Assembly: GCA_030265395.1 (NCBI GenBank) | Contig: JARFYF010000074.1 | Location: 37,676,957 to 37,740,956, forward strand | From: Rhina ancylostomus | Lineage: Eukaryota | Reading direction: 5' to 3' | DNA length: 64,000 bases | Part shown: one piece after another, positions 42,295 to 55,482 of the stretch | Layout: each line of letters opens with the position of its first letter | Position numbering within the stretch: position 1 is the stretch's first letter | The notes under the pieces: generated by a model | Told to the model about the DNA's origin: nothing | What the model saw: the letters and a program-made list of their open reading frames with translations, nothing else | Database searches by the model: none | Program-made: the position numbers and the translations under genes

Positions 42295-43480
42295 TATAAG
42301 AAGGGAGGCAAGCTCTTGTGGGAGTAGCCATTTTGAGAAGGGCAACATTGAGGTGGTTGTGCTGCCTAAAGGCCGAAGTGTAGGCTTTGGTAAACGCTGG
42401 GCTTCTGTGAGGAGGGAGGGTGAACAGTGTTAAGGTAACAAGGCAAGATCTTTGCTTTTCTTTTAATCCACTAGTTATTAAAGACCAATAATGGCAGTCA
42501 GCAGAGTGGTATGCTTCTCCTGTGATATGTGGGAGATCAGCAAGAAGTGTCCCTAACAACTATATTTGCAGGTGTGTCCAGCTGCAGTTCTTCTCAGACT
42601 GCATGGATTAGTTAGAGCAGTAGCTGAACTCAGGAAATATGTGAGACAGCAAGTGTTATAGATAGGAGTTTCATGGATGTGGTCACACTGAAGGTTCAGC
42701 CAGATAGATGGGTGACCACCAGAAGGGGCAGGCAAGTAGTACAGGAGTCCCCTGTGGCTATTCCCCTCTAACAAGTTTACTGTTTTGGATATGGTTTGGG
42801 TGGAGGGGGAGAGGNNNNNNNNNNNNNNNNNNNNNNNNNNNNNNNNNNNNNNNNNNNNNNNNNNNNNNNNNNNNNNNNNNNNNNNNNNNNNNNNNNNNNN
42901 NNNNNNNNNNNNNNTGTTTGGGATTTGGTTTGGGTGGTGGGGGAGTGGGGGTTGGGGAAAGAAGAGGTGTGGCCTGTCAAGGGAAAGCACCAGCAGTAGC
43001 TGGATCACTGATACAACCACTGGCTCTGTTATTCAGCAGGGAGAGTTGAAGTGTAAGTGAGTGGTAGTTATAGGGAACTATATTGTCAGTAAGGCTCTAG
43101 GATGGTGCATTGCCTCCCTGGGGCCAGGGTCAAGGATGTCTCAGAGCAAGCACAGGACATTCTAAGGGAGGCAGGTGAGCAGCCAGAGATTCTGGTCAAT
43201 ATTGACACTAACAACATAGGCAGGAAGAGGGACTTAGGCAGAAAGTTACAAAGCAGGAACTCTATGGTTGCAATCTTGGGATTACTCCCTGGGCCACATG
43301 CCAGCAAGAAATACAAAGATAGCACAGTTGAATGCACAGCAGAAGACCCAGTGCAGGAGGACGGGCTTCAGATACCCAGATTATTGCACTCTCTTCCAGG
43401 GCAGGAGGGATCTACACAAGGATGAGTTATATCTAAGCTGGAGGGTCACCAATATCCTGCAGGAAGGTTTGTTAGCTATC
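42295..43480 (+). mobile_element. CR1 5'UTR and ORF1 relic (Zn-finger and SGNH esterase domain)
   Basis: CLPGARVKDVSEQAQDILREAGEQPEILVNIDTNNIGRK is the CR1 ORF1 esterase block; Cys pairs at about 42510-42580. Confidence 0.8.
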
Positions 43481-43489
43481 GGGAGAGGT

Positions 43490-43880
43490 TGGAAAAACTT
43501 CAATTGTTTTCACTAGAGAGGCGACTTGGTAAAATTATATAAAATCATGAGATAGTTGAGATCATCAGAATCTTCATCTCAAATATTACAGGACACAGGT
43601 TTAAGCTGAGAGGGGACAGTTTGAAGGAGGAGATGTGCGAGGCAAGATTTTTTTTTTCAAATTACATAGAGTAATAGGTTCCTGGAATGTGCTGCCAAGG
43701 AAGGTGGTGGAAGCAAACATGATAGCAATATTTAAGCAGCATTACAACGGACACGAACAGGTAATGAGTAGTGGGAAATAAACCAAGTGCAGGCAGATGG
43801 AATTAGATAAATTAGCATCATGGTCAGCACAGATGTGGTGGGCAGAAGTGTCTGTTCCTGTGCTGCACTGTTTTATGTAC
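43490..43880 (+). mobile_element. CR1 3' tail
   Basis: gagaggcgacttggtaaaattatataaaatcatgag and tggaatgtgctgcca motifs. Confidence 0.8.
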
Positions 43881-44714
43881 TATTTTCTATTCTGTGCTCC
43901 CCCAGTTGTCAGTGAATGGGCTACCAATGAGTCTAGACATCCAAACCACACAAAGATCTCATCCCAAGGTAACTTAGAATGATTAGTGAAAACAGTAATA
44001 GTTAGTTACCAAAGGAATCTTTGTTTGGCTACCTCAGCACATTGATGGAAAGAAAGCTATACAACTGGTGGGATTGCCTGTGAACATTCACTTTTGTCCA
44101 GTCCTTTGTCCATCTCACCCAACACCAAAGTAACCTGGGCACCTCATTTAGTGAGCACAAGGCAAGAAATGTAATAAAATTAATGCCAGAAATGACTCAG
44201 TCAGAATAGCAAAGACTTCTTTTACTCTAAGTACATAACAGATAGGATCACTACTTGGGACATAATTTCCTGGGAAAAATATACACCTGTTAAGAATTCT
44301 GATGTTCTCAACATTAAAAACAATCTGGTAAAACTTTTTTTTAAAAAATCAGTTTTTTTAAAATTAGTCTTCCCCAGCAGGATCATTACTGCAGCTAACA
44401 GTGTGAATAGCTCTTGTGGTATCCTATATACACACACACAACCTTCTGTCTGTACAAACTTGGATTAACAAAATACCCTGATACAAATTTAACTTCAACA
44501 TAATCAAAACAGCTAAAACATCAAGGTGCTATAGAAATTATTTATAGATGACAAATAATCTGCAAATGTGAAAACTCGTATAAATAAGGCCTTTCTAAAG
44601 TGTGAGATGAACTGCAAAGTGTTGTAACCCAGTTTCAGGCAAAACTGAAGAAGAGTAATACATTTAATAATTGTGGTAATTTACAAAGTCAACAGGAATA
44701 TCTGTTTCTGGGAA

Positions 44715-45165
44715 AAACAAAGGAAAATTGGAGTAGGCTATGCTCCTCTAGCCTGCTCTGCCATACAATGAGATCACAACTGATGTAACCTGGCCCACCT
44801 CTCCACTGTCCTGCCTAGTCCTCAAAGACCTCGACTACCCTACAGCCCAAAAGTCTAGCCATCTCAGCCCTGAAATATATTCAATGAATCAGCCTCCACT
44901 GCTTCGAGGTATAGAATTTCAAAGATTTACTAGCTTTTGGGTGAAGAATTTCTCCTTTTGATTGGTTCCAACTGGCAGAAATTCCTCCTAGTTTCTGGAT
45001 TACATGGGCAACGTCTTATTCTGAAATTACACCATCTTGCCCGATGTACCATGAAGGGAAACATCCTTTCATCACCTACCACATGAACTCCCATCAACCT
45101 TGTGTTTTAATAAGATCACCTCTCATTCTTTTAATCTGAAAGTGCAGAGACAAATCAGTCCAACA
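44715..45165 (-). mobile_element. Old CR1-type 3' relic
   Basis: ggagtaggc...cctgctctgcca and agatcacctctcattctt motifs. Confidence 0.55.
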
Positions 45166-45169
45166 TTTC

Positions 45170-46285
45170 AGAATCAGGTTTATTATCACTGTCCTATGTG
45201 ACATGAAATTTCTTATTTTGCACGGCAGTACAGTGTAAAGACAAAATTACTAAAAACTACAAAATAATGGAAAAAGAATAATGAGGTAGTGTTCATGAAC
45301 CATTCAGAAATCTGATGAGAGAGGAAGCTGTTCCTGAATCANNNNNNNNNNNNNNNNNNNNNNNNNNNNNNNNNNNNNNNNNNNNNNNNNNNNNNNNNNN
45401 NNNNNNNNNNNNNNNNNNNNNNNNNNNNNNNNNNNNNNNNNNNNNNNNNNNNNNNNNNNNNNNNNNNNNNNNNNNNNNNNNNNNNNNNNNNNNNNNNNNN
45501 NNNNNNNNNNNNNGCTGGCTGAGTCTACAACCTTCTGCAGCCTCCACACCAGGCGGTAATGCAACCAGTCAGAATGCTCTCCACTGTACATCCATAGAAA
45601 TTTGCAAGAGTCTTTGGTGACAAACCAAATCTCCTCAAACTCCTAACAAAGTAGTGCTGCTGGCGTGCCTTTTCGTGATTGCATCAATGTGTTGGGCCCA
45701 GGACCCATCCTTGGAGATGCTGACACCCAAACTCTTAAAACTGCTCACCCTTTCCACCAGTGACCCCTCAATGAGGACTGGTGCACGTTCTTCCAACTTC
45801 CCCTTCCTCAAGTCCACAATCAACTCCTTGGTCTTGCTGATGTTGAGCGTGAGGTTGTCATTGCAACGCCACTCAGTTGTTCTCACTCCTGTATGCCTCC
45901 TCGTTGCCATCTGAGATTTCACCAACAACAGTTGTGTCATCTGCGAACTTATAAATGGCATTTGAGCTGTGCTTCGTCACACAGCCATGGACTAGGCACG
46001 TAACATTGAGGTGAGCCTGTGTTGTCAACGAGGAGATGTATTCACTGATCTGTACTGACTGTGATATCTCAATGAGGAAGTCAAGAATCTAGTTGCAGAG
46101 GGAGGTAGAGGCCCAGTTTTAGAAGCTTGATTATTAATACTAAGGGGATGATGATATTGTCCTCCCAGCTGTAATTGATAAACAGCAGTCTGATGCATGT
46201 TTTGCTGTAGTTTAGGTTCCTCAAAGCAGAGTGGAGCACCACTGAGATGGTGTCCGCTGTAGACCTGCTGTGGCAGTAGGCCACC
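45170..46285 (-). mobile_element. Rex1/Babar-like LINE RT and 3' end, decayed
   Basis: AYCHSRSTADTISVVLH, RLLFINYS, NLTLNISKTKELIVDLRK, VERVSSFKSLGV. Confidence 0.88.
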
Positions 46286-47169
46286 AAAGAATACCCCTAA
46301 GAATATTCCTCCTAAGAATACCCCTTTACCCTTCGAATCCATCCAATGAAATACAACAATCTACCTCCAAGTATACCTGTCCTTAAATCAAACCCATCAC
46401 TGAGCAACACCTGAGATATTAAGGCAAATAACCATAGACTTAGAGGTGGGTTTTAACAAGGTTATTTAAAAAAAAGGACACTTAAGAACTCAAGACCAAG
46501 ATCAACATTTTTTAAGCACCAACAGAATCAAGACATGTGGAAATAGGGCATATGATTTACTTCCAATGATTAAATGATGCAATTAATTTTAAGATACTGA
46601 CTGAAAATGCGTAGCTTCAACTTTGTTTTTAAACTAAACTCTAACCATATTAACATCACATTAGGTTAAAAAAATACAGGAAAGTGCATGTCAGACATCA
46701 ATACAAGTTAAATGTCTTTCACAATGTGCACATTACAAAACAGGAATTTCCTCCTCTTAATTGCCACACATCCAACAACCAGCACTCAAGAATTATTTCC
46801 TACAATTTTGCGGAACCACTTCTCAATACTCAAAATTAAACTTGTGCAGATACATACCACTAGTTTATTTGCAAAACTAAGTTACTGTATTCCACTTAGT
46901 CACTAATACACAGCCTATGATGCATAGCCTATAATACATGGGCCTCTCTTGCCAGCCCACCACAGAACCTCTGACAGGTCAATGCTGGCTGGACAGATTG
47001 GAAGTCCTACTTGTTGCCTCAGCTTCTTTCCACAAGGGTAGGAAGCTCTTAACACTTTAAACAACCCAAAATGTCATTTCTAAGAAATTTGACAACTTTC
47101 TACAACATGGACACAGCACATCTAGCAATAACTGCCAAGAGTCAGCATGGAAACACTACACGGTCAGTG

Positions 47170-47335
47170 ACTTGCCAGTTCATTTCAGGGGGCAGTTAAA
47201 AGCCAATCACGTTGTTGTGGGCCTGTAGTCTCATACAAGCCAAGAATGGCAAGTCAGAAACCCTTTTCTAAAGGATTTTAGTGAATCAAATTGGTTCTTA
47301 TGACAATCCAGCAGGGCTGGTAAGCTATTAAAAAA
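47170..47335 (+). repeat. Ancient interspersed repeat, second copy at about 47835-47960
   Basis: tgtgggcctg...cccttttctaaagga versus tgtgggttt...ttccttctctgaagga. Confidence 0.4.
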
Positions 47336-48799
47336 ACTGGATTTTAAAAATAATTAATCATTAGTTAACCATGGTTTTGATTACATCCTTAAATAACAAT
47401 TGAATTTTAATGTTTTGAACCATCCATGCCATGTTTGATATGATGCTGTAACATACCACAAAATCTAGAATCAATGATCAGGATTTACAGGGCCACTCTT
47501 TTCCTCCAGTATCATAACACAAATGCTTTGGGTGGTTCTGACAAGATGAACCTTTGGTGGTCATAATGGAAAAGTTTGGGATGCAGACAACAAGGTGGGA
47601 TTATGCGAGAATGATTATGACATGCTGGTAATTGACTGGTAAATGTGTTTACTCCTAAATTAGTCATAAACAACTCAGAAGCATTTTGCTGACTGTGTTA
47701 GGTTTCTTTTAGTTGAATTCAGTGACCTGCTGGATGCCTATGTGAACTTTCCTTTGTTGTGTTTTGCAATATTAGCCTGGTAAAATTGAGCAGCTTGTTA
47801 TTCATTTCAAGCCATAAAGCTTGCTTGGTTACAACACTGCTGTGGGTTTAAAATTGGGTATAGAAAATCCATGCTGGCCAAAGACAGCAGATTTCCTTCT
47901 CTGAAGGACAGTAACCATTAGATCTCAAGACAATTCAGTTGTTTTGTGACTACCATTACTAACACCATTTCAGATTACTTAACTGCCAAACCTAAATTCC
48001 ATGGTGTGATCCAAATGTTTGCGCCCAAATCTGTGCATGGCTTGTCCACTAAATAACCTCTGGAGATACTTTAGAATTTGACAGATAGGAGTGGATGGAC
48101 TAAAGCCAATCCTACTGAGTTGTTAGGAACACTGGAGGATTGTATGGCTGACACTTGTCAATGATGCAGTAGGATCAAGGAGAATGGGGAGAGATTTATT
48201 TCAGAGCATATAACTAGTGACTTAAGTTGAAGCCATGTTAATATGAAAATTCCACTGGAGAGATTCAAGATGCAATTGCTGTAATGATCAAGATTTGAGG
48301 AAATGACACATTCAAGGACTTAGAGGGAAGGAATTTTGAAAATAGGGCTACAGTTTGCAAAGACAAGAGTTTAAGAATGTATTGTACTTTGTAAGTTTCC
48401 TCCTCTTCAAAATAAAGACCATTTTAAAAGGGCAGAGTATATCACCCACATCAGCTGACATGGGGACTAACGTAATGCTTGAGTGATTAGTAGTAACTGG
48501 GTGGTACGAGCTCAAAAGGAACAGGATGAGAGTCTTACTCAAAATAATCTTGCAAGGTTCAACTTCAAACTACATCTCTGAAATCCACCAAAAAGGCACA
48601 ACATTTGACCAACACTATGCTGATTGCTCTATTATGTTCTAAGAATATCACAGACAGTACAACATAGCATTCCCCAAGGCACAGTGCACTGTTTAAAAAA
48701 ATTGCTTCAAATGACCATACAAGGTCAGGGACTCCAATTAGTGACTCATAACTTGAACCTAGCAAGTTTTATGGATCTAGAACAAAAATGCAGAGAAAT

Positions 48800-49090
48800 G
48801 CAGCAGGCACAGTAGTGTAGCAGTTAGCATAACAATTACAGTGCCAGCGACCCAGGTTCAATTCCGGCCACTGTCTGTAAGGAGTTTGTACATTCTCCCC
48901 ATGTTCATGAGAGTTTCCTCCGGGTGCTCCAGTTTCCTCCCACATTCCAAAGACGTACAGGTTAGGAAGTTGTGGGCATGCTATGTTGGCCCCAGAAGTG
49001 TGGCAACACTTGCTGGCTACCCTCAGAACACTCTACGCAAAAAAAAATGCATTTTACTGTTTCAATGTATGTGTGACTAATAAAAGATAC
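48800..49090 (+). mobile_element. tRNA-derived V-SINE
   Basis: A box tagtgtagcag, B box ggttcaattcc, V-domain tttcctccgggtgctccagtttcctcccaca; same head as the 15238 copy. Confidence 0.85.
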
Positions 49091-49953
49091 CTCATTTTGC
49101 ATTAGCTTTTGCCCCAAGCTGTACTGAGAACCAAGGCCTTACTCTCTGGATGCCACTCAAGCTGCCCTGCCAGTAGGCTTGCCAATCGTCTGCAGGGTTT
49201 CAAGGACTGCCCGACCTCCATAAAAAAGGGAGAATTCGCATTGTCATCAGATAAGCACATGGGAAGATGGAGCAGCACTACAAAAGGCAGCAGCTGATGA
49301 TCCAAGTTATCCAACTGGGTAACTTCCTGCTGCTGACAGAACCCTGGGGACCTGATGTGAGGGGAGCTGACTGGGTGTGGGACCAAGGATGAGATACCCA
49401 AGGACCAGAGACCCATGGGCCAGGTTGAGGCCAGACGATCATCCAAGTTCAGATCCAGGCACACTTAACTGGTGGTTCCAGGCCCGTCACTGTAAAATAC
49501 CACACCAGTACTTAATATAGAACATACAGTCAATTTCAGGGCAGCAGGACACTTTCAGTAGAAGACTAATAATTGTGGTTTAAATTAGTTTGAAATGTTC
49601 AATCATAATTCTTCAAAGACTAAATTTCAAAGCACTTCCAAACATCAAATAAAGTCACCAACTAGCAACAAGGATTGGAGAGGTTCGCCCTCTTAAACTG
49701 ACCTACTGTTAATTCAAAGCACAAGTGATATTCAAATGTGCTATTTAAACCAAAATCATTTTGCCTTCATAGGCCTTACCACAACCTCTTATTAGTCCAC
49801 TTATTCAGATTTAAATAATAAACTTATGCATATTTCACTTAAAACACTGAAGGAAGCAATTATATTGACATCCATTTTGACTGAAGTAAAAATTTAAGTG
49901 CAGCGCTCTGTCTCATAACCCTTCTCATTACAGATGCAGACAGGAATACCTAT

Positions 49954-50362
49954 TGTTACGTACCAGCAACAAAAGAAACACACTGAGACATGTCTAAGTG
50001 TTAAAAACTACTTTATTAATAACTACATATGAGAATAAGCAAAATAAAAGTAAAAATGTTAGAAATGTTAGAGGTAAAAATGTTAAACCCCGAACATTAA
50101 CTCCCAAAACTAACTAAACTTGTGTGTGTGTGTGGCAAATTCCCAAACTCCACGTCCAGGAATGGTTCTTAAAGTTCAGTTCNNNNNNNNNNNNNNNNNN
50201 NNNNNNNNNNNNNNNNNNNNNNNNNNNNNNNNNNNNNNNNNNNNNNNNNNNNNNNNNNNNNNNNNNNNNNNNNNNNNNNNNNTTCTTTATCTTCTGTTGA
50301 CATAAGCACGCCACACACACACTATCTTAAAGGAACCCCACTAATAGTCCTAGTCCGTAACA
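49954..50362 (-). mobile_element. Solo LTR (Gypsy-like)
   Basis: Perfect 7-bp inverted termini TGTTACG...CGTAACA; flanks ctat/ctaa (3 of 4 match); AATAAA on the minus strand near 50012; internal gap. Confidence 0.7.
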
Positions 50363-50399
50363 CTAAGCATCTTTGTGGAACAGAGACATGTCCCCACAC

Positions 50400-50700
50400 T
50401 GCACACCTGGCAGAGCTGCTGCCTCAGTTCCAGCGACCTGGGTTTGAATCTCAGGTGTTGCGTGTGGGTTTCCTCCAGATGCTTCTGCTTCCTCCCACAT
50501 CCAAAAGAAATGTGGGTTGGTAGGTTAATTGGCCATTGTAAATTCTCCCTAATTTGTAGGGGTGGTAGAATTCAGGAGGTGGGGGGCTGGAGTTCACAGG
50601 AATGTAGGGAGAATAAAAATGTGATTAGAGCAGGAAGAGTGCAAATGGATACCTGATGTTCAGTGCATTTTCAGTGGGCTGAAGTGTCTGTTTCTATGTC
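50400..50700 (+). mobile_element. V-SINE, diverged
   Basis: gggtttgaatc B box; gtgtgggtttcctccagatgcttctgcttcctcccaca core. Confidence 0.75.
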
Positions 50701-51264
50701 AAGTCCACAACATCCACCAGATTTACCAATGTTGCAGACTTGGTGGGCATAGAAACAAGATTAACATGTTGCAGATGGAATGTTTCTTAACTGCACTCAC
50801 TAACAGCTGTTAGGTTGAAGCAAAAGGCAAAGACACATTAAGAAATCTTGTCATGCTGGGTGTAATTTCAAGAACACAATTATCTCAAGACATTAGAGAG
50901 AGTTAACATCATTAAACAAGATGGTACAAACAACAATAACACATCATATAATAAACCAAAGAATCAATTACAGGTATTAAAATTTATTCAGGATTTAATT
51001 CAGCATGGTGTGCACATCTTGCAATGTAATCTCAATTTGAATTTTCCAGCAGCATCACAAATGATGCAAAAGAAACAGGTCAAGAGTCAATGGGATGAAA
51101 GGATGTATTCTCACCATTCAAACTGAAAGTTTTGTTTCAAACTAAAAATAGAAAAGTGAACTGCCTTTGCAATTTGTTTCACTTAATGGGTGACCAAATT
51201 GTCTCATTGAAAGGCATTTGGTTGTTACTGAATCCTCAAAGGAATTGAAACATTTCTTAAAAAC

Positions 51265-52390
51265 AAAACAAAATGCTGGCAATACTCAGCAAAACAGGCA
51301 GCATCTGAGCGNNNNNNNNNNNNNNNNNNNNNNNNNNNNNNNNNNNNNNNNNNNNNNNNNAAAAGCAGACAGATGAAACAAATTAAGGAGAGAGGCAGGG
51401 CAGAGAGCACAAAGGAAAGTCTAAGTGGAGGGCAGGAGAGGTTTGGACAGAAGAAACTGATGGAGCCCAGTGTAAGGTGGTGGTAAAAGCAGATGACAAA
51501 CAATAGGCAAGTTCAGTAGTGGAGTAAATAGGAAAAGACAAACAGGCTTTTTAAATTAACAGCAAAGAGGGAAGAAAGCATAAAAATAACAATGAACACT
51601 GGAAGTCCAATTTGTGAAGCCTGGAATATCTGCAACAACTGAACTCAATGTGGAACCCAAGAGGCTATAATGTGCCTAGTCAGAAGTGTTGGATTGGGCA
51701 GCATTCAAACAGTGTAAGAAGCTGAAGACCAACTCCGGAGTTGGAGAATTAAAACAGCAAATAGCTGGAACTGAGGTGTTCCAAAAAGCCATTAGCATTA
51801 CCCAGTGAAGAGAGACCACACAAAGTATCGAGTGCAGTACACTGAATAGTGAATTGTTCAAATTAATTGCTGCTTCATCTGGAGTGTCTGGGTTCTACTG
51901 TCAGAAGAAGAGGCAAACAAGTAGATGCAGCATCTCCTGTGGTTGAACATGAAGGTGTCCGGGGGGGGGGGGGGGGGGGGGTAAAAGAGTGAACAGTACT
52001 TTGGGATGCTGATGACATAATGCAGGTGGTGTTGGAAATGATGGAAGATGATCCATTGAATGGCAAGGCTTGTAGACTGGAAGGCAAGACCAAAGAAGTC
52101 CTACCTTTGTTCACGTTAGAAGTGGTGCAAGAAGTGCAAAGAAACAGACACAAATGAGAATCCTGTTACCCAAGATGGAGGAGACCCCATGGAATATAGA
52201 GATATATGGCAGCAACTGGAATAGAATGGAATCTTCACAGGAGGTAAGGTGTTGGGAAATGTAGCAAGTTTGTGGACTCACATTGGATTCTGATCGCTAT
52301 TTCTGTCCACTGAAAGAGAGAGAGAGAATCCAAGGAAACAAAACGAACATGTGAAGGTAAGAGTAGTAATTGGCAGGGAAGGTAATANNN
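51265..52390 (-). mobile_element. Decayed Penelope-like element
   Basis: aaatgctggcaatactcagc...ggcagcatct terminus followed by purine-rich reverse GIY-YIG/RT relic. Confidence 0.55.
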
Positions 52391-53329
52391 NNNNNNNNNN
52401 NNNNNNNNNNNNNNNNNNNNNNNNNNNNNNNNNNNNNNNNNNNNNNNNNNNNNNNNNNNNNNNNNNNNNNNNNNNNNNNNNNNNNNNTAGGGGAAGGACA
52501 GGAGGCAACACCAATATAGTCAATGCTGGAATAAGAGGTACAGGAGATGAGGAATGTTCCATATATCCCTCAAAGAGGCAGATGTAACTTGGACCTGTAT
52601 GAGGTTCCCATTGCTATTTTCCTTGCTAAGGGGAAGTGGAAAGAAAGAGTAGTGGTTCAATAAGTAGTAGGGAACTACTTGGGCCTCTTCAAGAAATGAA
52701 GAGCCTGAGAATGAAATACTTCTTGTATACCCAAGCTCAGTAGCAATATTCCTCATACCTTCAACCTCATAACTAAACAATTCCTAAATGCTGACATAAT
52801 CTCTTCATCAATTATTGCATTTAAGTCCACAGCAGCAGCCTTATACTTACACACTGTCAAATTATCCAAAATAATATACCTTAAGTCTCCAACCTTAATC
52901 ACTGGAAACAATTTGCTATCAACTTCATCCCAATATTTCATTACTTTTAATATCTGGATCAAGTACTTCAATCTTTTGTTACTCTAAAAACACTTCCAAT
53001 TTTGAAGCTCTTACCTTAGATCAGGCAGAACTTAAATATGCACCCTACCCTTGCTGCTACTTCAGCAACTTTTTTTGTTAATGACGTGGACTCCAAAAAT
53101 AAATGCACTGCTACAATTGTGGCATAAGAGGGACTTTGGACAAATCTCATTGTCTCATCATTAAAATCAAAAACTTTAAACTTTAAGTACTGTCACTATA
53201 TTCTGTAACATAAGCAGCAATTTAGGCTTAAAAGGCTGGGACTAACCAACATTACATTCAGTTGAAAAGAGGCATAATGTTGTGGGGTAATCAGATTTAT
53301 GCACAAGGTCTTATAATAAATTACTATAG

Positions 53330-54750
53330 AATAACAAAGGACTGCAGGTGCTGGAATCTAGATGAAACACATTATGGTGCTGGAGGAACTCAGCAGGCCA
53401 GGCAGCATCCATGGAGAAAAGCAGGCGGTCAACATTTCAGGTCAGAACCCTTCTTTAAGACTGAAGATAGGAAAAGGGGAAGCCCAATATATAGGAAAGA
53501 AAAGCAGAGCAGTGATAGGTGGACAAAAGAGGGGANNNNNNNNNNNNNNNNNNNNNNNNNNNNNNNNNNNNNNNNNNNNNNNNNNNNNNNNNNNNNNNNN
53601 NNNNNNNNNNNNNNNNNNNNNNNNNNNNNNNNNNNNNNNNNNNNNNNNNNNNNNNNNNNNNNNNNNNNNNNNNNNNNNNNNNNNNNNNNNNNNNNNNNNN
53701 NNNNNNNNNNNNNNNNNNNNNNNNNNNNNNNNNNNNNNNNNNNNNNNNNNNNNNNNNNNNNNNNNNNNNNNNNNNNNNNNNNNNNNNNNNNNNNNNNNNN
53801 NNNNNNNNNNNNNNNNNNNNNNNNNNNNNNNNNNNNNNNNNNNNNNNNNNNNNNNNNNNNNNNNNNNNNNNNNNNNNNNNNNNNNNNNNNNNNNNNNNNN
53901 NNNNNNNNNNNNNNNNNNNNNNNNNNNNNNNNNNNNNNNNNNNNNNNNNNNNNNNNNNNNNNNNNNNNNNNNNNNNNNNNNNNNNNNNNNNNNNNNNNNN
54001 NNNNNNNNNNNNNNNNNNNNNNNNNNNNNNNNNNNNNNNNNNNNNNNNNNNNNNNNNNNNNNNNNNNNNNNNNNNNNNNNNNNNNNNNNNNNNNNNNNNN
54101 NNNNNNNNNNNNNNNNNNNNNNNNNNNNNNNNNNNNNNNNNNNNNNNNNNNNNNNNNNNNNNNNNNNNNNNNNNNNNNNNNNNNNNNNNNNNNNNNNNNN
54201 NNNNNNNNNNNNNNNNNNNNNNNNNNNNNNNNNNNNNNNNNNNNNNNNNNNNNNNNNNNNNNNNNNNNNNNNNNNNNNNNNNNNNNNNNNNNNNNNNNNN
54301 NNNNNNNNNNNNNNNNNNNNNNNNNNNNNNNNNNNNNNNNNNNNNNNNNNNNNNNNNNNNNNNNNNNNNNNNNNNNNNNNNNNNNNNNNNNNNNNNNNNN
54401 NNNNNNNNNNNNNNNNNNNNNNNNNNNNNNNNNNNNNNNNNNNNNNNNNNNNNNNNNNNNNNNNNNNNNNNNNNNNNNNNNNNNNNNNNNNNNNCCCCCG
54501 CCCGCCCAAGCCACTGTTAGTAAAAAAAGTTGGACATCTTTGATGTCCCAGAGTGGAAAGCTTCACCATGGGAGCAAATGTGGTGGAGGCAGAGAAATTG
54601 AGAAGAAGGGATAGCATCCTTGCAAGGGACAGAGTGGGAGGAGCTGTAATCAAGGTAGCTGTGGGCATCAGTGGGTTTGCAAACGATGTCAGTGGATAAG
54701 AAATCTCTGGAGATGGAAAGATCAAGGAGAGAGGCGTCAGAGATAGATTA
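53330..54750 (-). mobile_element. Penelope-like element spanning a gap of about 960 N
   Basis: Terminus gctggaggaactcagcaggccaggcagcatc on the left; reverse-strand RT-thumb-like sequence (KPTDAHSYLDY) on the right. Confidence 0.7.
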
Positions 54751-55422
54751 CTAAAATTATTGTGTTGGTTAGAATGCTTAACCATCCCTCATGAACACTA
54801 GATAATAACATAAGGTGAAGAATATTCAGCTGTTCTATATTTATCCTTCCTGCATAAGAAGCTAATTTTTTTTTTAATATTCCAGCTTTTTCCCCTCCCT
54901 GCCTCCCATATTCATGCCACTCACTTTTCACCAAATGTAAATCTTCACCTTCTAATTCTACAGTTTGAAGTGATATCCTGGGCTTTGTTTAAATATAAAA
55001 ATGCACTCTTAATAATCATATACATGTATAAACATTTCAGTTGTTAGTTTCCAAGATTAAAATCTCAGGTCAATCAATCTTCTCTTACAGAAGAAACTGA
55101 CAAAGGAGATTAACATTGTGGTTCTTCTCTGTCCACTACCTAACATTAGCATGATTATTAACAATCAAAGATGGATACATGATTTAGATGTGGTCTCATA
55201 ACACTGTTCTACAATTTGCCTGGTACTGTTTTTGTAATGTTGCCCATAATGTAATTAGCTCTAATTGCTGCTCTGCAGTTTTAGACTTGGTTATCAAGTT
55301 GCTTAAACTCATTCAATTTTCCCCACTCTGCTTCCAAAAAACAAATCAAAACTGTGAAACTTCCTCCACTCCTTGGGTCTCCATCGATAATGCTTCAAGT
55401 TAACATTCTGCATGCTAGCTTA

Positions 55423-55482
55423 ACATAGAACATAGAAAACTACAGCACAATTCGGGCCCTTTGGCCCACAAAGCTGTGCTGA
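55423..55482 (-). mobile_element. Minimal CR1 3' tail with (CATAGAA)n microsatellite
   Basis: catagaacatagaaaactacagcacaattcgggccctttggcccacaaagctgtgctga. Confidence 0.65.

Noticed and set aside
41771-42559. 262-aa ORF as a functional reverse transcriptase
   Set aside because: Chimeric read-through across two repeats; catalytic FADD decayed to LVND
48805-48870. tRNA gene (also about 15170-15238)
   Set aside because: A and B boxes present, but followed by the V-SINE core and no complete cloverleaf; these are SINE heads
51961-51981. Poly-G runs (also about 15309-15326) as functional G-quadruplexes
   Set aside because: Simple homopolymers of unreliable length with no supporting context
53262-54785. 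Long ORFs of 333-450 aa
   Set aside because: Almost entirely X from an N gap; flanks are Penelope-like repeat
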